Shown: positions 10,706 to 22,947, numbered from the whole stretch's first letter. The stretch: 63,996 nucleotides of DNA, filler included, from Guillardia theta CCMP2712 (GCF_000315625.1; 7 parts of 7 records of this genome joined end to end with filler, not necessarily neighbours in it), one strand, 5' to 3'. The notes: generated from the letters alone by a model not told the origin. Numbers and translations: made by a program.

Positions 10706-13700
10706 TCATCCCACCCCTGGCGACCCGCTTCCCAGCGGCTGCCCAGGCAACGTGAACCCTGGGATCCTCGAGACAAAAAGAGCCGCCATGCTAATTGCCA
10801 TAAAGCTCCAAAGACTCTTCTGAACCTGTGAGATGCTCGCCACTACCTGCGATCAGTTTGTCACGAATGAGCTAACACATTCATCGGTCTCAGTCAGTCG
10901 CCTCGGAAACACCCAGCGAGACTCTCAAGTACAGGATGCACCGCCGAATACCTTGTCGATACTCGCCTCAACCTGCGATCCTTTGTCACATGATCGTATC
11001 CGACAAACATCCCTCAGGCTACGCTGACACTGGTATACCTTGTCAAACCTGCTATTGTTGCTTTCCTGCACCTGCGATCGTTGTCACCGTTCAACCAGCG
11101 AGAAGGGAGCTTGAACACTGACGATCAGGTTCGAAAATACCTCGCAAAATCTGTCCTCTAGATGCACAAGACTCGTCTGAACCTGTGAGATGCTCGCCTC
11201 AACCTGCGATCCTTTGTCACATGATCGTATCCGACAAACATCCCTACTACGCTCGGACACTGGTATACCTTGTCAAACCTGCTATTGTTGCTTTCCTGCA
11301 CCTGCGATCGTTGTCACCGTTCAACCAGCGAGAAGGGAGCTTGAACACTGACGATCAGGTTCGAAAATACCTCGCAAAATCTGTCCTCTAGATGCACAAG
11401 ACTCGTCTGAACCTGTGAGATGCTCGCCTCAACCTGCGATCCTTTGTCACATGATCGTATCCGACAAACATCCCTCAGGCTACGCTGACACTGGTATACC
11501 TTGTCAAACCTGCTATTGTTGCTTTCCTGCACCTGCGATCGTTGTCACCGTTCAACCAGCGAGAAGGGAGCTTGAACACTGACGATCAGGTTCGAAAATA
11601 CCTCGCAAAATCTGTCCTCTAGATGCGCAAGACTCGTCTGAACCTGTGAGATGCTCGCCTCAACCTGCGATCCTTTGTCACATGATCGTATCCGACAAAC
11701 ATCCCTACTACGCTCGGACACTGGTATACCTTGTCAAACCTGCTATTGTTGCTTTCCTGCACCTGCGATCGTTGTCACCGTTCAACCAGCGAGAAGGGAG
11801 CTTGAACACTGACGATCAGGTTCGAAAATACCTCGCAAAATCTGTCCTCTAGATGCACAAGACTCGTCTGAACCTGTGAGATGCTCGCCTCAACCTGCGA
11901 TCCTTTGTCACATGATCGTATCCGACAAACATCCCTCATGCTACGCTGACACTGGTATACCTTGTCAAACCTGCTATTGTTGCTTTCCTGCACCTGCGAT
12001 CGTTGTCACCGTTCAACCAGCGAGAAGGGAGCTTGAACACTGACGATCAGGTTCGGAAATACCTCGCAAAATCGTTCNNNNNNNNNNNNNNNNNNNNNNN
12101 NNNNNNNNNNNNNNNNNNNNNNNNNNNNNNNNNNNNNNNNNNNNNNNNNNNNNNNNNNNNNNNNNNNNNNNNNNNNNNNNNNNNNNNNNNNNNNNNNNNN
12201 NNNNNNNNNNNNNNNNNNNNNNNNNNNNNNNNNNNNNNNNNNNNNNNNNNNNNNNNNNNNNNNNNNNNNNNNNNNNNNNNNNNNNNNNNNNNNNNNNNNN
12301 NNNNNNNNNNNNNNNNNNNNNNNNNNNNNNNNNNNNNNNNNNNGCTCGCCTCAACCTGCGATCCTTTGTCACATGATCGTATCCGACAAACATCCCTACT
12401 ACGCTCGGACACTGGTATACCTTGTCAAACCTGCTATTGTTGCTTTCCTGCACCTGCGATCGTTGTCACCGTTCAACCAGCGAGAAGGGAACTTGAACAC
12501 TGACGATCAGGTTCGAAAATACCTCGCAAAATCTGTCCTCTAGATGCACAAGACTCGTCTGAACCTGTGAGATGCTCGCCTCAACCTGCGATCCTTTGTC
12601 ACATGATCGTATCCGACAAACATCCCTCAGACTACGCTGACACTGGTATACCTTGTCAAACCTGCTATTGTTGCTTTCCTGCACCTGCGATCGTTGTCAC
12701 CGTTCAACCAGCGAGAAGGGAGCTTGAACACTGACGATCAGGTTCGAAAATACCTCGCAAAATCTGTCCTCTAGATGCGCAAGACTCGTCTGAACCTGCA
12801 AGGCCGACACCCTTCGTCAACGTGTGTGATCAAACATTTTGGTTCACTGGCAGCACTCCGAGCGGCGCTCATCACCTGGTCCATCGAGCTGAAGAGATTT
12901 CTGCATGGGGTGTAGATGAGAAAGATTGGTACTCCTGATTTCCCGATGAGTATCGCTTCTTTGTGTTCTCTCCATCTGCTCAATTGCAATCACTTACTCA
13001 GTGGCCCCAGCATGTACTGAGCTTACCTTGCCAATATATTTACCGAGTTTCTCTTGAAGATTTCTTTGTTCCCGTTGACAAACACTCCCATTGCCTTGAT
13101 CACGACGTTGGTCTTGTGAATCCGATTCCGAAGGGCATATGCTCGATCCAGCTGATACATCTTTTCAAGTATACAGCTCGGGCTTTCAGTTATCTCGAAG
13201 TGGAAACACTCCCCTCGCTCAAGACGTATGTCGCTGAGGCATTCGGCGGCGGATGTCGTAGCCTGACCATCTTCATTGCTGAGGCAGACGATGCTCTCAC
13301 TGTCATTCAAGTCCACGACACGATTGAAGATGCTGTCCAGATGAACCGGCCCATCTCGTACTTTGACATACAGGTCTAATTCGAAGTAGTGGCCCTTGCT
13401 GTATTGCTTCTGCTTTTGATCGATACCACTGAGAGAATGGATCGAGAACCTCTTGCGCAGGTTTGTCCTGTACTCCGTGCTGTTCACATGTTGCAGGGCC
13501 GCTATGTCGTTGGAGTCTCTCAAGAAGAACCTCCTGCACATCATGGTCGCCGGGACATGAGCGAGTTGCGAGTAAAGCTGATTAGCGAAGTAGTCCCGCG
13601 CAGAGACGAGGTTGAGCTGAACCTCCTCCCAGTGCGGCAGCTCGTGAGGCTCCAAGTTGCTCATGCTGGGGGAGCTGGTGCCCGCCGGCGACTCCCCTGA

Positions 13701-13712
13701 CCCCTCTGGCAT
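10706..13712 (-). CDS. Copy 1: multi-exon protein with a putative PD-(D/E)xK-like head, an exon-repeat coiled-coil stalk and a C-terminal hydrophobic segment (~560 aa if 8 modules)
   Basis: Exon 1 13712-13027, intron 13026-12976, exon 2 12975-12876, intron 12875-12796, exon 3 12795-12754. Then alternating 33-nt (VQESNNSRFDK) and 63-nt (VEASISQVQTSL[V/A]HLEDRFCE) exons, a 21-nt exon 10972-10952, and last exon 10846-10706 ending TGA. All junctions checked are GT..CAG and in frame. Confidence 0.75.
10952..12795 (-). repeat. 230/231-bp tandem array (7 sequenced units plus about 1 in the gap); each unit is exon-intron-exon-intron
   Basis: Anchor ACCTGCGATCCTTTG at 10971, 11202, 11432, 11663, 11893, 12354 and 12584. 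The 231- and 230-bp variants alternate. Confidence 0.95.
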
Positions 13713-14092
13713 TGCCACAAACTTTTTCCAAGGCGCGGGAAACTGAAGTAAATCCCACCCTACCCCTGCTGATCGTTCGGAATCCTACCAGAGGTGCTCT
13801 CTTGGAGGGGGTGGTGGTGGGAGGAGGAGGGACTCGGGAGAGCTATCAGAACATTCATAGAACAGGTTTTCGCTGCCTCGTCCCTCTGGCTGAGGCGGAT
13901 TTGTTGGTACGAACATCACTCTTGTGGTGACTCACGGCCCTCTTTGACTCTCCCAGTCTGAGTGATTTGTCGGCATGTATGAGTCATAGGCATAGTAAAA
14001 AGATGAGGCTAACTACGGTAAGATGAAGAGTCTAAAATCCATATCCGCATGATCATCGATGATGGCTGGCATAGTGACACGGACGCCGCGTA

Positions 14093-15702
14093 TCATCCCA
14101 CCCCTGGCGACCCGCTTCCCAGCGGCTGCCCAGGCAACTTGAACCCTGGGATCCTCGAGACAAAAAGAGCCGCCATGCTAATGCCATAAGCTCCAAAGAC
14201 TCTTCTGAACTGTGAGATGCTCGCCACTACCTGCGATCAGTTTGTCACGAATGAGCTAACACATTCATCGGTCTCAGTCAGTCGCCTCGGAAACACCCAG
14301 CGAGACTCTCAAGTACAGGATGCACCGCCGAATACCTTGTCGATACTCGCCTCAACCTGCGATCCTTTGTCACATGATCGTATCCGACAAACATCCATAC
14401 TACGCTGACACTGGTATACCTTGTCAAACCTGCTATTGTTGCTTTCCTGCACCTGCGATCGTTGTCACCGTTCAACCAGCGAGAAGGGAGCTTGAACACT
14501 GACGATCAGGTTCGAAAATACCTCGCAAAATCTGTCCTCTAGATGCGCAAGACTCGTCTGAACCTGTGAGATGCTCGCCTCAACCTGCGATCCTTTGTCA
14601 CATGATCGTATCCGACAAACATCCCTACTACGCTGACACTGGTATACCTTGTCAAACCTGCTATTGTTGCTTTCCTGCACCTGCGATCGTTGTCACCGTT
14701 CAACCAGCGAGAAGGGAGCTTGAACACTGACGATCAGGTTCGAAAATACCTCGCAAAATCTGTCCTCTAGATGCGCAAGACTCGTCTGAACCTGCAAGGC
14801 CGACACCCTTCGTCAACGTGTGTGATCAAACATTTTGGTTCACTGGCAGCACTCCGAGCGGCGCTCATCACCTGGTCCATCGAGCTGAAGAGATTTCTGC
14901 ATGGGGTGTAGATGAGAAAGATTGGTACTCCTGATTTCCCGATGAGCATCGCTTCTTTGTGTTCTCTCCATCTGCTCAATTGCAATCACTTACTCAGTGG
15001 CCCCAGCATGTACTGAGCTTACCTTGCCAATATATTTACCGAGTTTCTCTTGAAGATTTCTTTGTTCCCGTTGACAAACACTCCCATTGCCTTGATCACG
15101 ACGTTGGTCTTGTGAATCCGATTCCGAAGGGCATATGCTCGATCCAGCTGATACATCTTTTCAAGTATACAGCTCGGGCTTTCAGTTATCTCGAAGTGGA
15201 AACACTCCCCTCGCTCAAGACGTATGTCGCTGAGGCATTCGGCGGCGGATGTCGTAGCCTGACCATCTTCATTGCTGAGGCAGACGATGCTCTCACTGTC
15301 ATTCAAGTCCACGACACGATTGAAGATGCTGTCCAGATGAACCGGCCCATCTCGTACTTTGACATACAGGTCTAATTCGAAGTAGTGGCCCTTGCTGTAT
15401 TGCTTCTGCTTTTGATCGATACCACTGAGAGAATGGATCGAGAACCTCTTGCACAGGTTTGTCCTGTACTCCGTGCTGTTCACATGTTGCAGGGCCGCTA
15501 TGTCGTTGGAGTCTCTCAAGAAGAACCTCCTGCACATCATGGTCGCCGGGACATGAGCGAGTTGCGAGTAAAGCTGATTAGCGAAGTAGTCCCGCGCAGA
15601 GACGAGGTTGAGCTGAACCTCCTCCCAGTGCGGCAGCTCGTGAGGCTCCAAGTTGCTCATGCTGGGGGAGCTGGTGCCCGCCGGCGACTCCCCTGACCCC
15701 AT
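14093..15702 (-). CDS. Copy 2 of the same gene with only two repeat modules (~370 aa)
   Basis: Near-identical to copy 1 (ORF 15019..15708 vs 13023..13718) with the same splice sites. Units are 228 bp, at about 14350 and 14580. Three 1-nt deletions in the last exon restore the frame. Confidence 0.7.
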
Positions 15703-16646
15703 TGCCACAAACTTTTTCCGAGGCGCGGGAAACTGAAGTAAATCCCACCCTACCCCTGCTGATCGTTCGGAATCCTACCAGAGGTGCTCTCTTGGAGGGG
15801 GTGGTGGTGGGAGGAGAAAGGGACTCGGGAGAGCTACCAGAACATTCATAGAACAGGTTTTCGCTGCCTCCGAGGCTCGTCCGAGGCTCTTTGGCTGAGG
15901 CGGATTTGTTGGTACGAACATCACTCTTGTGGTGACTCACGGCCCTCTTTCAACGACTCTCCCAGTCTGAGTGATTTGTCGGCATGTATGAGTCATAGGC
16001 ATAGTAGAAAGATGAGGCTAACTAGGCATGGACGCCGCGTATCATCCCACCCAGCGGCTGATCTCTTGGTCTTGGTGAGGATGCGGCTCGTCGTCCGATC
16101 ATTGCGCACTGATGGCCCAGTGGCGTGCCGCATGGCGGGATAGCAGGGGGGGGGGACTCAGGGAAGAGGAGGAAGAGGAGGGATATTCGCGTGTACGGTA
16201 TGCACCCCTTCCCGTCGCCGAATCTCCGGGGCCGAGGCTTCCTCTACCCTTCCCCTCCCTCTCGTCCTCCCTCCTCCTTCCCTCACTGTCTCCCTCTCAC
16301 CTTCTCGCACTGCGGCAGGAGTAGGACATGTACGTCGGTCACCAGGGTTGCGACTCGGGCCAACCCTCCCCGGTCATACCCAGGCCTGCCCCAGGCCGCG
16401 CGGCCTCTTGTACGCATTGCTTCGATCAAAGATTCATTCCTGAATGCGCCAATGGCGCCAGGCAGACGAGCCGTCAGGATCCTCCTCCCCGTCTTGGGCC
16501 CTGCTGCATCTTCGCGGTCGTCTTACTGGCTCTGCAGCCAGTCAGGTGTTGTCATGGCACCAAGTTCTGAGACAGTCAGTCACCTGCACTCCGCCATGTT
16601 GTCCTTAAGAGCGTCAGAGTCAGGGATGAGACCTCCTAGAACGGGC

Positions 16647-16746
16647 NNNNNNNNNNNNNNNNNNNNNNNNNNNNNNNNNNNNNNNNNNNNTTAATTAATT
16701 AANNNNNNNNNNNNNNNNNNNNNNNNNNNNNNNNNNNNNNNNNNNN
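16647..16746. other. Artificial scaffold-joining spacer
   Basis: TTAATTAATTAA at 16691-16702 within Ns. Confidence 0.97.
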
Positions 16747-16797
16747 GAGTAGAGAGAGAGAGAGAGAGGGCGGGGGGGGCGAGGAGGAAATCTGACT

Positions 16798-17088
16798 TTA
16801 CAATTCCCACCAATAACGCGGGGAATTTTCGGTCTTGGCTGTGAGCGCCTCAACTCCATCCTTGGTGATGAGAAGGGTGTGTTCGAACCTGGGAGATGAT
16901 AAGGTGAAGGAAAGCTGAGCAGAGTAGGCAGAGCAAGGAAGAGGAGCGCAAAGAAGAGAAGAGAAGAGAAGAGAAGAGAACAGGGGAGAGAAGTGGAGAG
17001 GAGAGGAGAGGAGAGGAGAGAACAGGGGAGAGGAGAGGAGAGAACAGGGGAGAGGAGAGGAGAGGAGAGGAGATTAAGTGAATGAGAT

Positions 17089-17126
<38 letters not shown>

Positions 17127-18116
17127 CTCACTGGGCGGATCTCTTCCCGTCCCTGGTGGTAGCAGTCCAGTTGTCCTTCCACATCATGTTCTGCACGCCT
17201 CCCTCGTTGATCATGGGCTCTATGGTGAAGATGTGACCAGGAGCCATCACTCCGTTGTTCTGCTTGTTCTTGTAGTGCAGGACTGTCGGGTTGCTGCGGG
17301 GAGATGGTGAGCGACGGAGGGAGAGCTAGCGGTTCAGTCACGAGTGAAAGATCTTGCCCACTCCGTGCCCGCAGAAATTTCTGGTCGAGGTGAAGCCCTG
17401 GAGCAGCAGGTGAGGGACAGAGAAGAGGTGAAGCAGTCGTTGCAAGATCATCATCATCAGTTTGACAGTAGTCAAGTAATCGTCGTCAACACCACCACTA
17501 TCAGCAACAGTACCACGAGCACCAGCACCAGCACCAGCACCATCAGCGGCAGCATCAGTAGTAGAAGCAGCGCACGCAACCGTCAACAAGCTCTCCTCAC
17601 CTCCTTGGTCACGATGTCATCGATCACTCCTCCGATCTGCGAGTAGGGGACGCCAGGCTTGCAGATCTTGATCGCCGCCTGCCACCTCCCTCAACGTCTG
17701 CGAAGGTGCCCCGACCTGCCCTCTCCCCTCACCTGCCAGGCGTCGTACGTGACTTTGACAAGCTTCTTTCCCGCATCGTCCACCTCGCCGACACAGAAAG
17801 TCTCGCTGCCATCGCAAGGCAAGTCAGTTGTCATTTTTGAGATGCGGCGAAGCACAAGAGGAGAAGAAGACATGATTCTTGTCAAGAATATCGAATGTTC
17901 TTCTGCACCTGCAGTCTCCGTGATACCCGTTGAGATAGCAAGTGACGTCGATGTTGATGATGTCGCCCTGTGGTTATGACACGGTGACTTGAGATCCTCT
18001 CCAAGTTCTCCCATCCACTTTCACCACCACTACCAACAGCAACAACAGTAGCAACAACATAATCATCGTCATCATCAACTGAGAGTACAAAGTGTTTTCT
18101 TAGTCAGTAACAACTT

Positions 18117-18155
<39 letters not shown>

Positions 18156-19224
18156 CGTTATCATCAATTGAAAGAACTAAAGCAAAACCCGCAGCAGCAG
18201 CATCTCACTTCTTTGAGACGTGTGTTCGTGCAAGGAATTCCGTGGCAGATAACCTGTCGGGCCACTGCAAGTCACCAACCTCAACAGCCTCCTGCTGAAA
18301 GCGCTAAACATGCCTCGTTGATAGACGTGCAAACGCTCTTAGGGAAACCGTTGTAGTTGAGCGGGGAAGGATAACTGGGTGAAACAAGTCAACGGGAGAG
18401 AAACGAGCCGAGCAAGGTGTAGAAAACTCACCATCCTCTCTTGATCGTCTCCTCGTGTACCTGGGCCAAGAACGATCAACATCTCGACAACAACAACTGC
18501 TCAACTCAGCACGCCCTTCTCACACAGCTGGGACAACCCACACAGCAGTTCACATCAAGAACATCTCGATCTCTCTCACAAGGGCATCGATCTCGTCCGT
18601 AGTCATCCCCGGCTTCACAGCAGCTCCTGCGATGTCCAGCACCTCCCTCGCCGCTCGACTTGCTGTAGGCAGACGTTAGATCACAACGACGATCGAGCAG
18701 CGTGTGAACAGCAGCAGTAGCAGCACGGAGAGAGGCAGAAGCAGGAGGAACCTGCGCGGACTCCCTCGATATCTTCCGGTGAGTTTACAGGAATGTCCCA
18801 AGGCATCCCCAGCTGTCTCGCCTTGGGTGTTCCGTCCTCTGCGTTGCCAGTCAGACAAGAAAAGGAGGGGATGAGCGAAGGAGGAGGAGGAGAACACAAG
18901 TGCCAGCTAGAAAGCAGGGAGGAAGGACAGGCGCAGTCGGGAGGGGACAGGACGACACGAGGCAAGGTCACCAGCATAGTCGGGCTTCATGATGTTGTCA
19001 GGGATCTGTCTTGGAGGAGACAGACGACTGGGTCTCTGTGTTCCTGTGTACTTGAAACTGTCGCGTGCAAACCCGAAGCCCCCTCCCACCTCAACCCTTG
19101 TCCTGGCGGCATGCCTCCGCCCCATCGAAGATTCAGGAGCCCTCAGGATGCTGCCGCACCCTGAGGAGCAGAAGGCGTGCACCCATGAGTTGGACAAGAA
19201 CACAAGAGCAACGCCAACGAGCAT
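16798..19224 (-). CDS. MAP1: Methionine aminopeptidase type 1, probably plastid-targeted (multi-exon)
   Basis: Exon peptides [74 protein letters not shown] and [20 protein letters not shown]. The N-terminus [21 protein letters not shown] resembles a signal peptide plus Phe-start transit peptide. Confidence 0.9.
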
Positions 19225-20248
19225 CGTCGATGCTGGGGAGGAATCAGTTCACTCAAGGTCGACATGTAGGAATTCTTTGACCTCCTTGCTTGCCGACAAG
19301 AAACATTTCAGAGGCCAGTGATACTCTCGCAGGAAACTAAGGAGAAACAAAGGTCAGGTAAAAGAATACATAACCATCGAGATAAGAGTAAACTAACATG
19401 TTCTCGTGCCCTATCCAATACCACCCCATTCCCTCCCATCCACCCCTTCTTATCCCATCCATTTTCTCCTCTCCATCTCACTTGCTCTTGTTCCACTCTG
19501 CTCTCTCTACTCCATCCTGAACTTTGCATCCTCTTCCCCTTCCTTGTACTCCCTCGTCTCCTCCTCCTTCCCTCCCCCTCCCCCTCTCATCTCCTCTTTG
19601 CGCCATCAAGCGCATGGAGGCCAGGATCTCACAAAATGAGACACCGGTAGGAGGAAATAAGCAAGGGTGGAACGGTTCCATGGAGGTGAAACAGGGGTAC
19701 TTTTAACGTTAAAATTAGGGGTACTTGAATGAAAGGGTGGGTACCTTCTGAAATTGGGTAGAGGGGTAGAGTATAACGTTGAAGAGAGATGCCCCGAAGA
19801 AAGCACAAGATCCGATCGCAGCGACAGCATGTCGCGAAAGAAATGAGGAGGACGAGGACGAGGACAAGGACGAGGAGAAGGAGAAGGAGAAAGAGGAAGA
19901 GGAAGAGGAAGAGGAAGAGGAAGAGGAAGAGGAAGAGGAAGAGGAAGAGGCCAGAGCGAGGACAAGGACGAGGATAACGACGAGGACGAGGACAACGAGA
20001 AAGGCGAGGAGGAGGGCGAGGAGTTAGGAGAAAAGTGGGGAGGATAAGAATACGGAAACCAAGAAGTTCCACGAAGACAAGGATGAGACAGGAAAGGCAA
20101 AGAAAACAACCGGGAAGGAAGCAAGAGAGGGGTTGATGCTGATCTTTGATCCGCGAGAAGAGCAGCTTTTTATTCATCTCAAGTTCTTCAATGAAATGTA
20201 CCATGACTCGGCTCTTACCATCGCAGGAAGAGAGAAGAGGCGACAAGC

Positions 20249-21026
20249 ATGGATCTCGACGTCCTGTTCAGTTGGCTGCACGACCAATCCTTGCTGAATG
20301 AAGTAAGCCCCATGATGCTTCTGAAGGCCCCGTGAATGACTCTTGTTGAAGTTGGCGATAGCTGCATCCTTGAACGTTGCTGCTGATGTTCTTGCGCAAT
20401 CGATCGTGAAGTTGAGGGAAAAGGAGCAGACACGATCTTGGCTGTTATGGGATTTCTTGTCCATGACAAGAGCATTGATCTGGGCGCTAATCTGCACTCC
20501 GATCATTCTAAGATGGTACTTCGATGCTACAGAGCACGGGCTGATTTGTAACTTGCTATCCCAAAGGCTCGTGTTCCTCGATGTGACATTTGGGAGAGAA
20601 GAAACGATTTCTGCGGTGCTGATGAAGCTCTCAGCGGATCAGGTAAATGTGCAACTGTCCTTTCCTCATCATGTCTTACAAGTCGCCAGCTGGTTTTCAG
20701 TCCTTTCCTGCTCGCCATGTTTCTCATCTACATCGGAGCTTTCCGTGCTGCCACAAGCTCGTACAGGTTCTCAGAGACAGCTCAGGTTATCAAGAAAGAG
20801 CTGCTTCCGATGCAGATCAGCGGCATGTTCTTCTGGGTGCCAGTGAGCCTTTCCTTGTTCACTGTCGTTCCGGACCATCTGAAGATTTTCGTGATCAACA
20901 TCGCCGGTCTCTTCTACAACACCATGTGAGATCTCCCCGGCTGCTGCGATCCGATCCCTTCTGAGAGGAATCTGTTGCAGGCTCGCCTTGAAGATCAGCT
21001 CGCAAGACACAAAGAAGAAGGACTGA
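20249..21026 (+). CDS. Mpv17/PMP22 family membrane protein (multi-exon, start uncertain)
   Basis: AADVLAQ, WDFLSMTR, KLSADQ|LVFSPFLLAMFL and FFWVPVSLSLFTVVPDHLKIFVINIAGLFYN fit the family pattern. Confidence 0.75.
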
Positions 21027-21097
21027 ACGATGTCTAGTACATGTAAATAGAAATCATGCGACCTTTGCGCTAGTTATGTTGTGAAGATGTCTCTCCA

Positions 21098-22287
21098 ACT
21101 ATCTCTGCCTCCCAGCTCCTGGATTGACCCCGATACGTGTGAACGGCGTCTCGCCAGCGGATCCGATCCCATGACTCTCGAGCAGCACCTGAGTGGCTCT
21201 CAGCGTTACAAGGGGGAGGCACACGGGAGGGTACCTTTGCTTCCTCCAGGAATTCCTTCACCATCCTTCGATGCGCCTTGTTGTTGATCTCGTGGAAGAA
21301 CTTGGCAGACTGTGCAAGGCATCATGGGAGGGACTATGTCACGACAACAGTTGTCGCAACGTTGTCAACAACTTTCACCTTCTGAAAACACGAGATCGCG
21401 TCCTGCCACCGACCATCCTGTATGCACTCGAGCCCCAGCTTCTTCCAACCCTCCGCTCGCTTCAGCGAGTCGTCTGCCGATATGTCCTCATAGCTCAGCA
21501 GCACAATGCCGGAGTCCTTTTTCTCAAACTGCACGCCGAAACGAAAGCCTTGAGGGAGAGGAGGAGGCTGAAGGTTGCTGATGGTGATCTGGGGAGTGTC
21601 GATCATTCTCTCCTCAGAGTTCATCGTGCTCCTCAGTCTCTTCCGCTTCTGGAATGTCGCCGTGTTGCTGTTGGCGTTGAGTATGGCGATGACGATGTCT
21701 CCCTGGTCGAACGAGGGGTAGGAGGTGCTGCGATCGCTCCTGTTGCCGTCGTACACGTTTCCCATACTGCTGTAGTACCACGCCTTCCCCACTCTCTGCG
21801 CCGACATCCAGCAGTCTTTCTCGCTCACATCCGAGCGGAAGAACCCGATCTTGATCTGACCTGTCTGGGGGAGGAACGTCGCGTGCTCCTTCTCCCTCAC
21901 AAGGATCTCGAACTTGTGCATCCCTGCGGTGAAAATCTGCCGGCATGCCACCAGCGGGCAGTGCCTGATGATGCTGTCCATGTTGTCTTGCACCAGCACG
22001 TTCCATGCTAGCCCGTAACCCCAAGAGATCGCGTCCCTTCCCATCCCCGGGATCTCCGTCCTCTGCTTCTCTAGCACGACCTTGCGGTTTCCCGTGGGGA
22101 CGAGACCATATTTCTTCAGCTCGTAGTCCCTCACAACCTTTGTCTTCTCGCTCGATTCTGACCTAGAGTCGGAGAACAGGTGGCTCATGGTGCCGTTCAT
22201 CTTCTGCCTGTACTCCTGCGCTTCTTTCCTCCGTCGTTCCAGCTCCCATCTTTCCTGATCCTCGTCTACCGTCTTCCTCCCTGTCAT
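21098..22287 (-). CDS. SPRY-like domain protein with a C-terminal TPR-like helix pair
   Basis: HKFEILV..GQIKIGF..AWYYSSMGNVYDG..FDQGDIVIAILN, then AEGWKKLGLECIQDGRWQDAISCFQK. 3' exons approximate. Confidence 0.6.
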
Positions 22288-22947
22288 CTTCCAACTCCCA
22301 CCGTTGACCGGGCAGGATCGACAGCCAACACAGCTCAGATCCTTCTCCTCCTCCCAGTGAAGCTCGAAGTTTACTGTGACTTCTTCTCCTCAGTTCAGCT
22401 CTTTCCTAATCCGTCGGCGCCTGGCGCCATGCTGCCGAACCCAGTAGGCCGCCACCGCACGGTGGCATCCGTTAAACTTTCATTACAGATCTGATACGCA
22501 GTGTGACTCTCAGTTAGCCCGACCCGGGGCATCGCGGCACCGGGGCCCGGGGCCCGGGGCCCGGGGCCCGCCTGTTATTTTCCGCCTGGTGGAAAAATAA
22601 CAATGATCCTTTATTGACTGAAAAATAGTATACGACTCACCACCGATGGTACTGGAGCAGGAGTATTGAGAGTTGAAGTGGGTAAAAATATTAGTCATAA
22701 GTGAGATCCAACTTCCTAGCTGGTACCCTACCCCTCATCACTCCCACATTTATCAGAATAAAGCACCCGTACTCCTCCGGCAAACTCGGAGGACTTGGTG
22801 TGGTTTGTAGCCCACGAACGATTATAGATTTTGCCGGAAAAAATTCAAATCTGTTCTGAAACTTCCAAAAATGGATCAATCATTACAAATTATTGTCCCA
22901 AAGATTGCATTACCCCCAATCTAAAGCTTGTGCGAAACCTAGCGCTG

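Larger units (their letters stand above)
10607..16060. repeat. Tandem segmental duplication (~10607-13993 and ~13994-16002) with a truncated third start at ~16003
   Basis: AAAGATGAGGCTAACTA is found near 10610, 13998 and 16007; the sequence between these points is near-identical apart from module number. Confidence 0.85.

Noticed and set aside
10833-12503. Plus-strand 60-70 aa repeat ORFs
   Set aside because: Antisense shadows of the minus-strand exon array; their frames are broken by the indels that the intron model tolerates.
10952-12795. CRISPR-like or non-coding RNA array
   Set aside because: There are no unique spacers or cas genes; the units are almost identical and parse cleanly as phase-0 exons and introns.
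21193-22011. 272-aa plus-strand ORF (and the antisense ORFs over 43952-45781)
   Set aside because: Antisense to well-supported genes.
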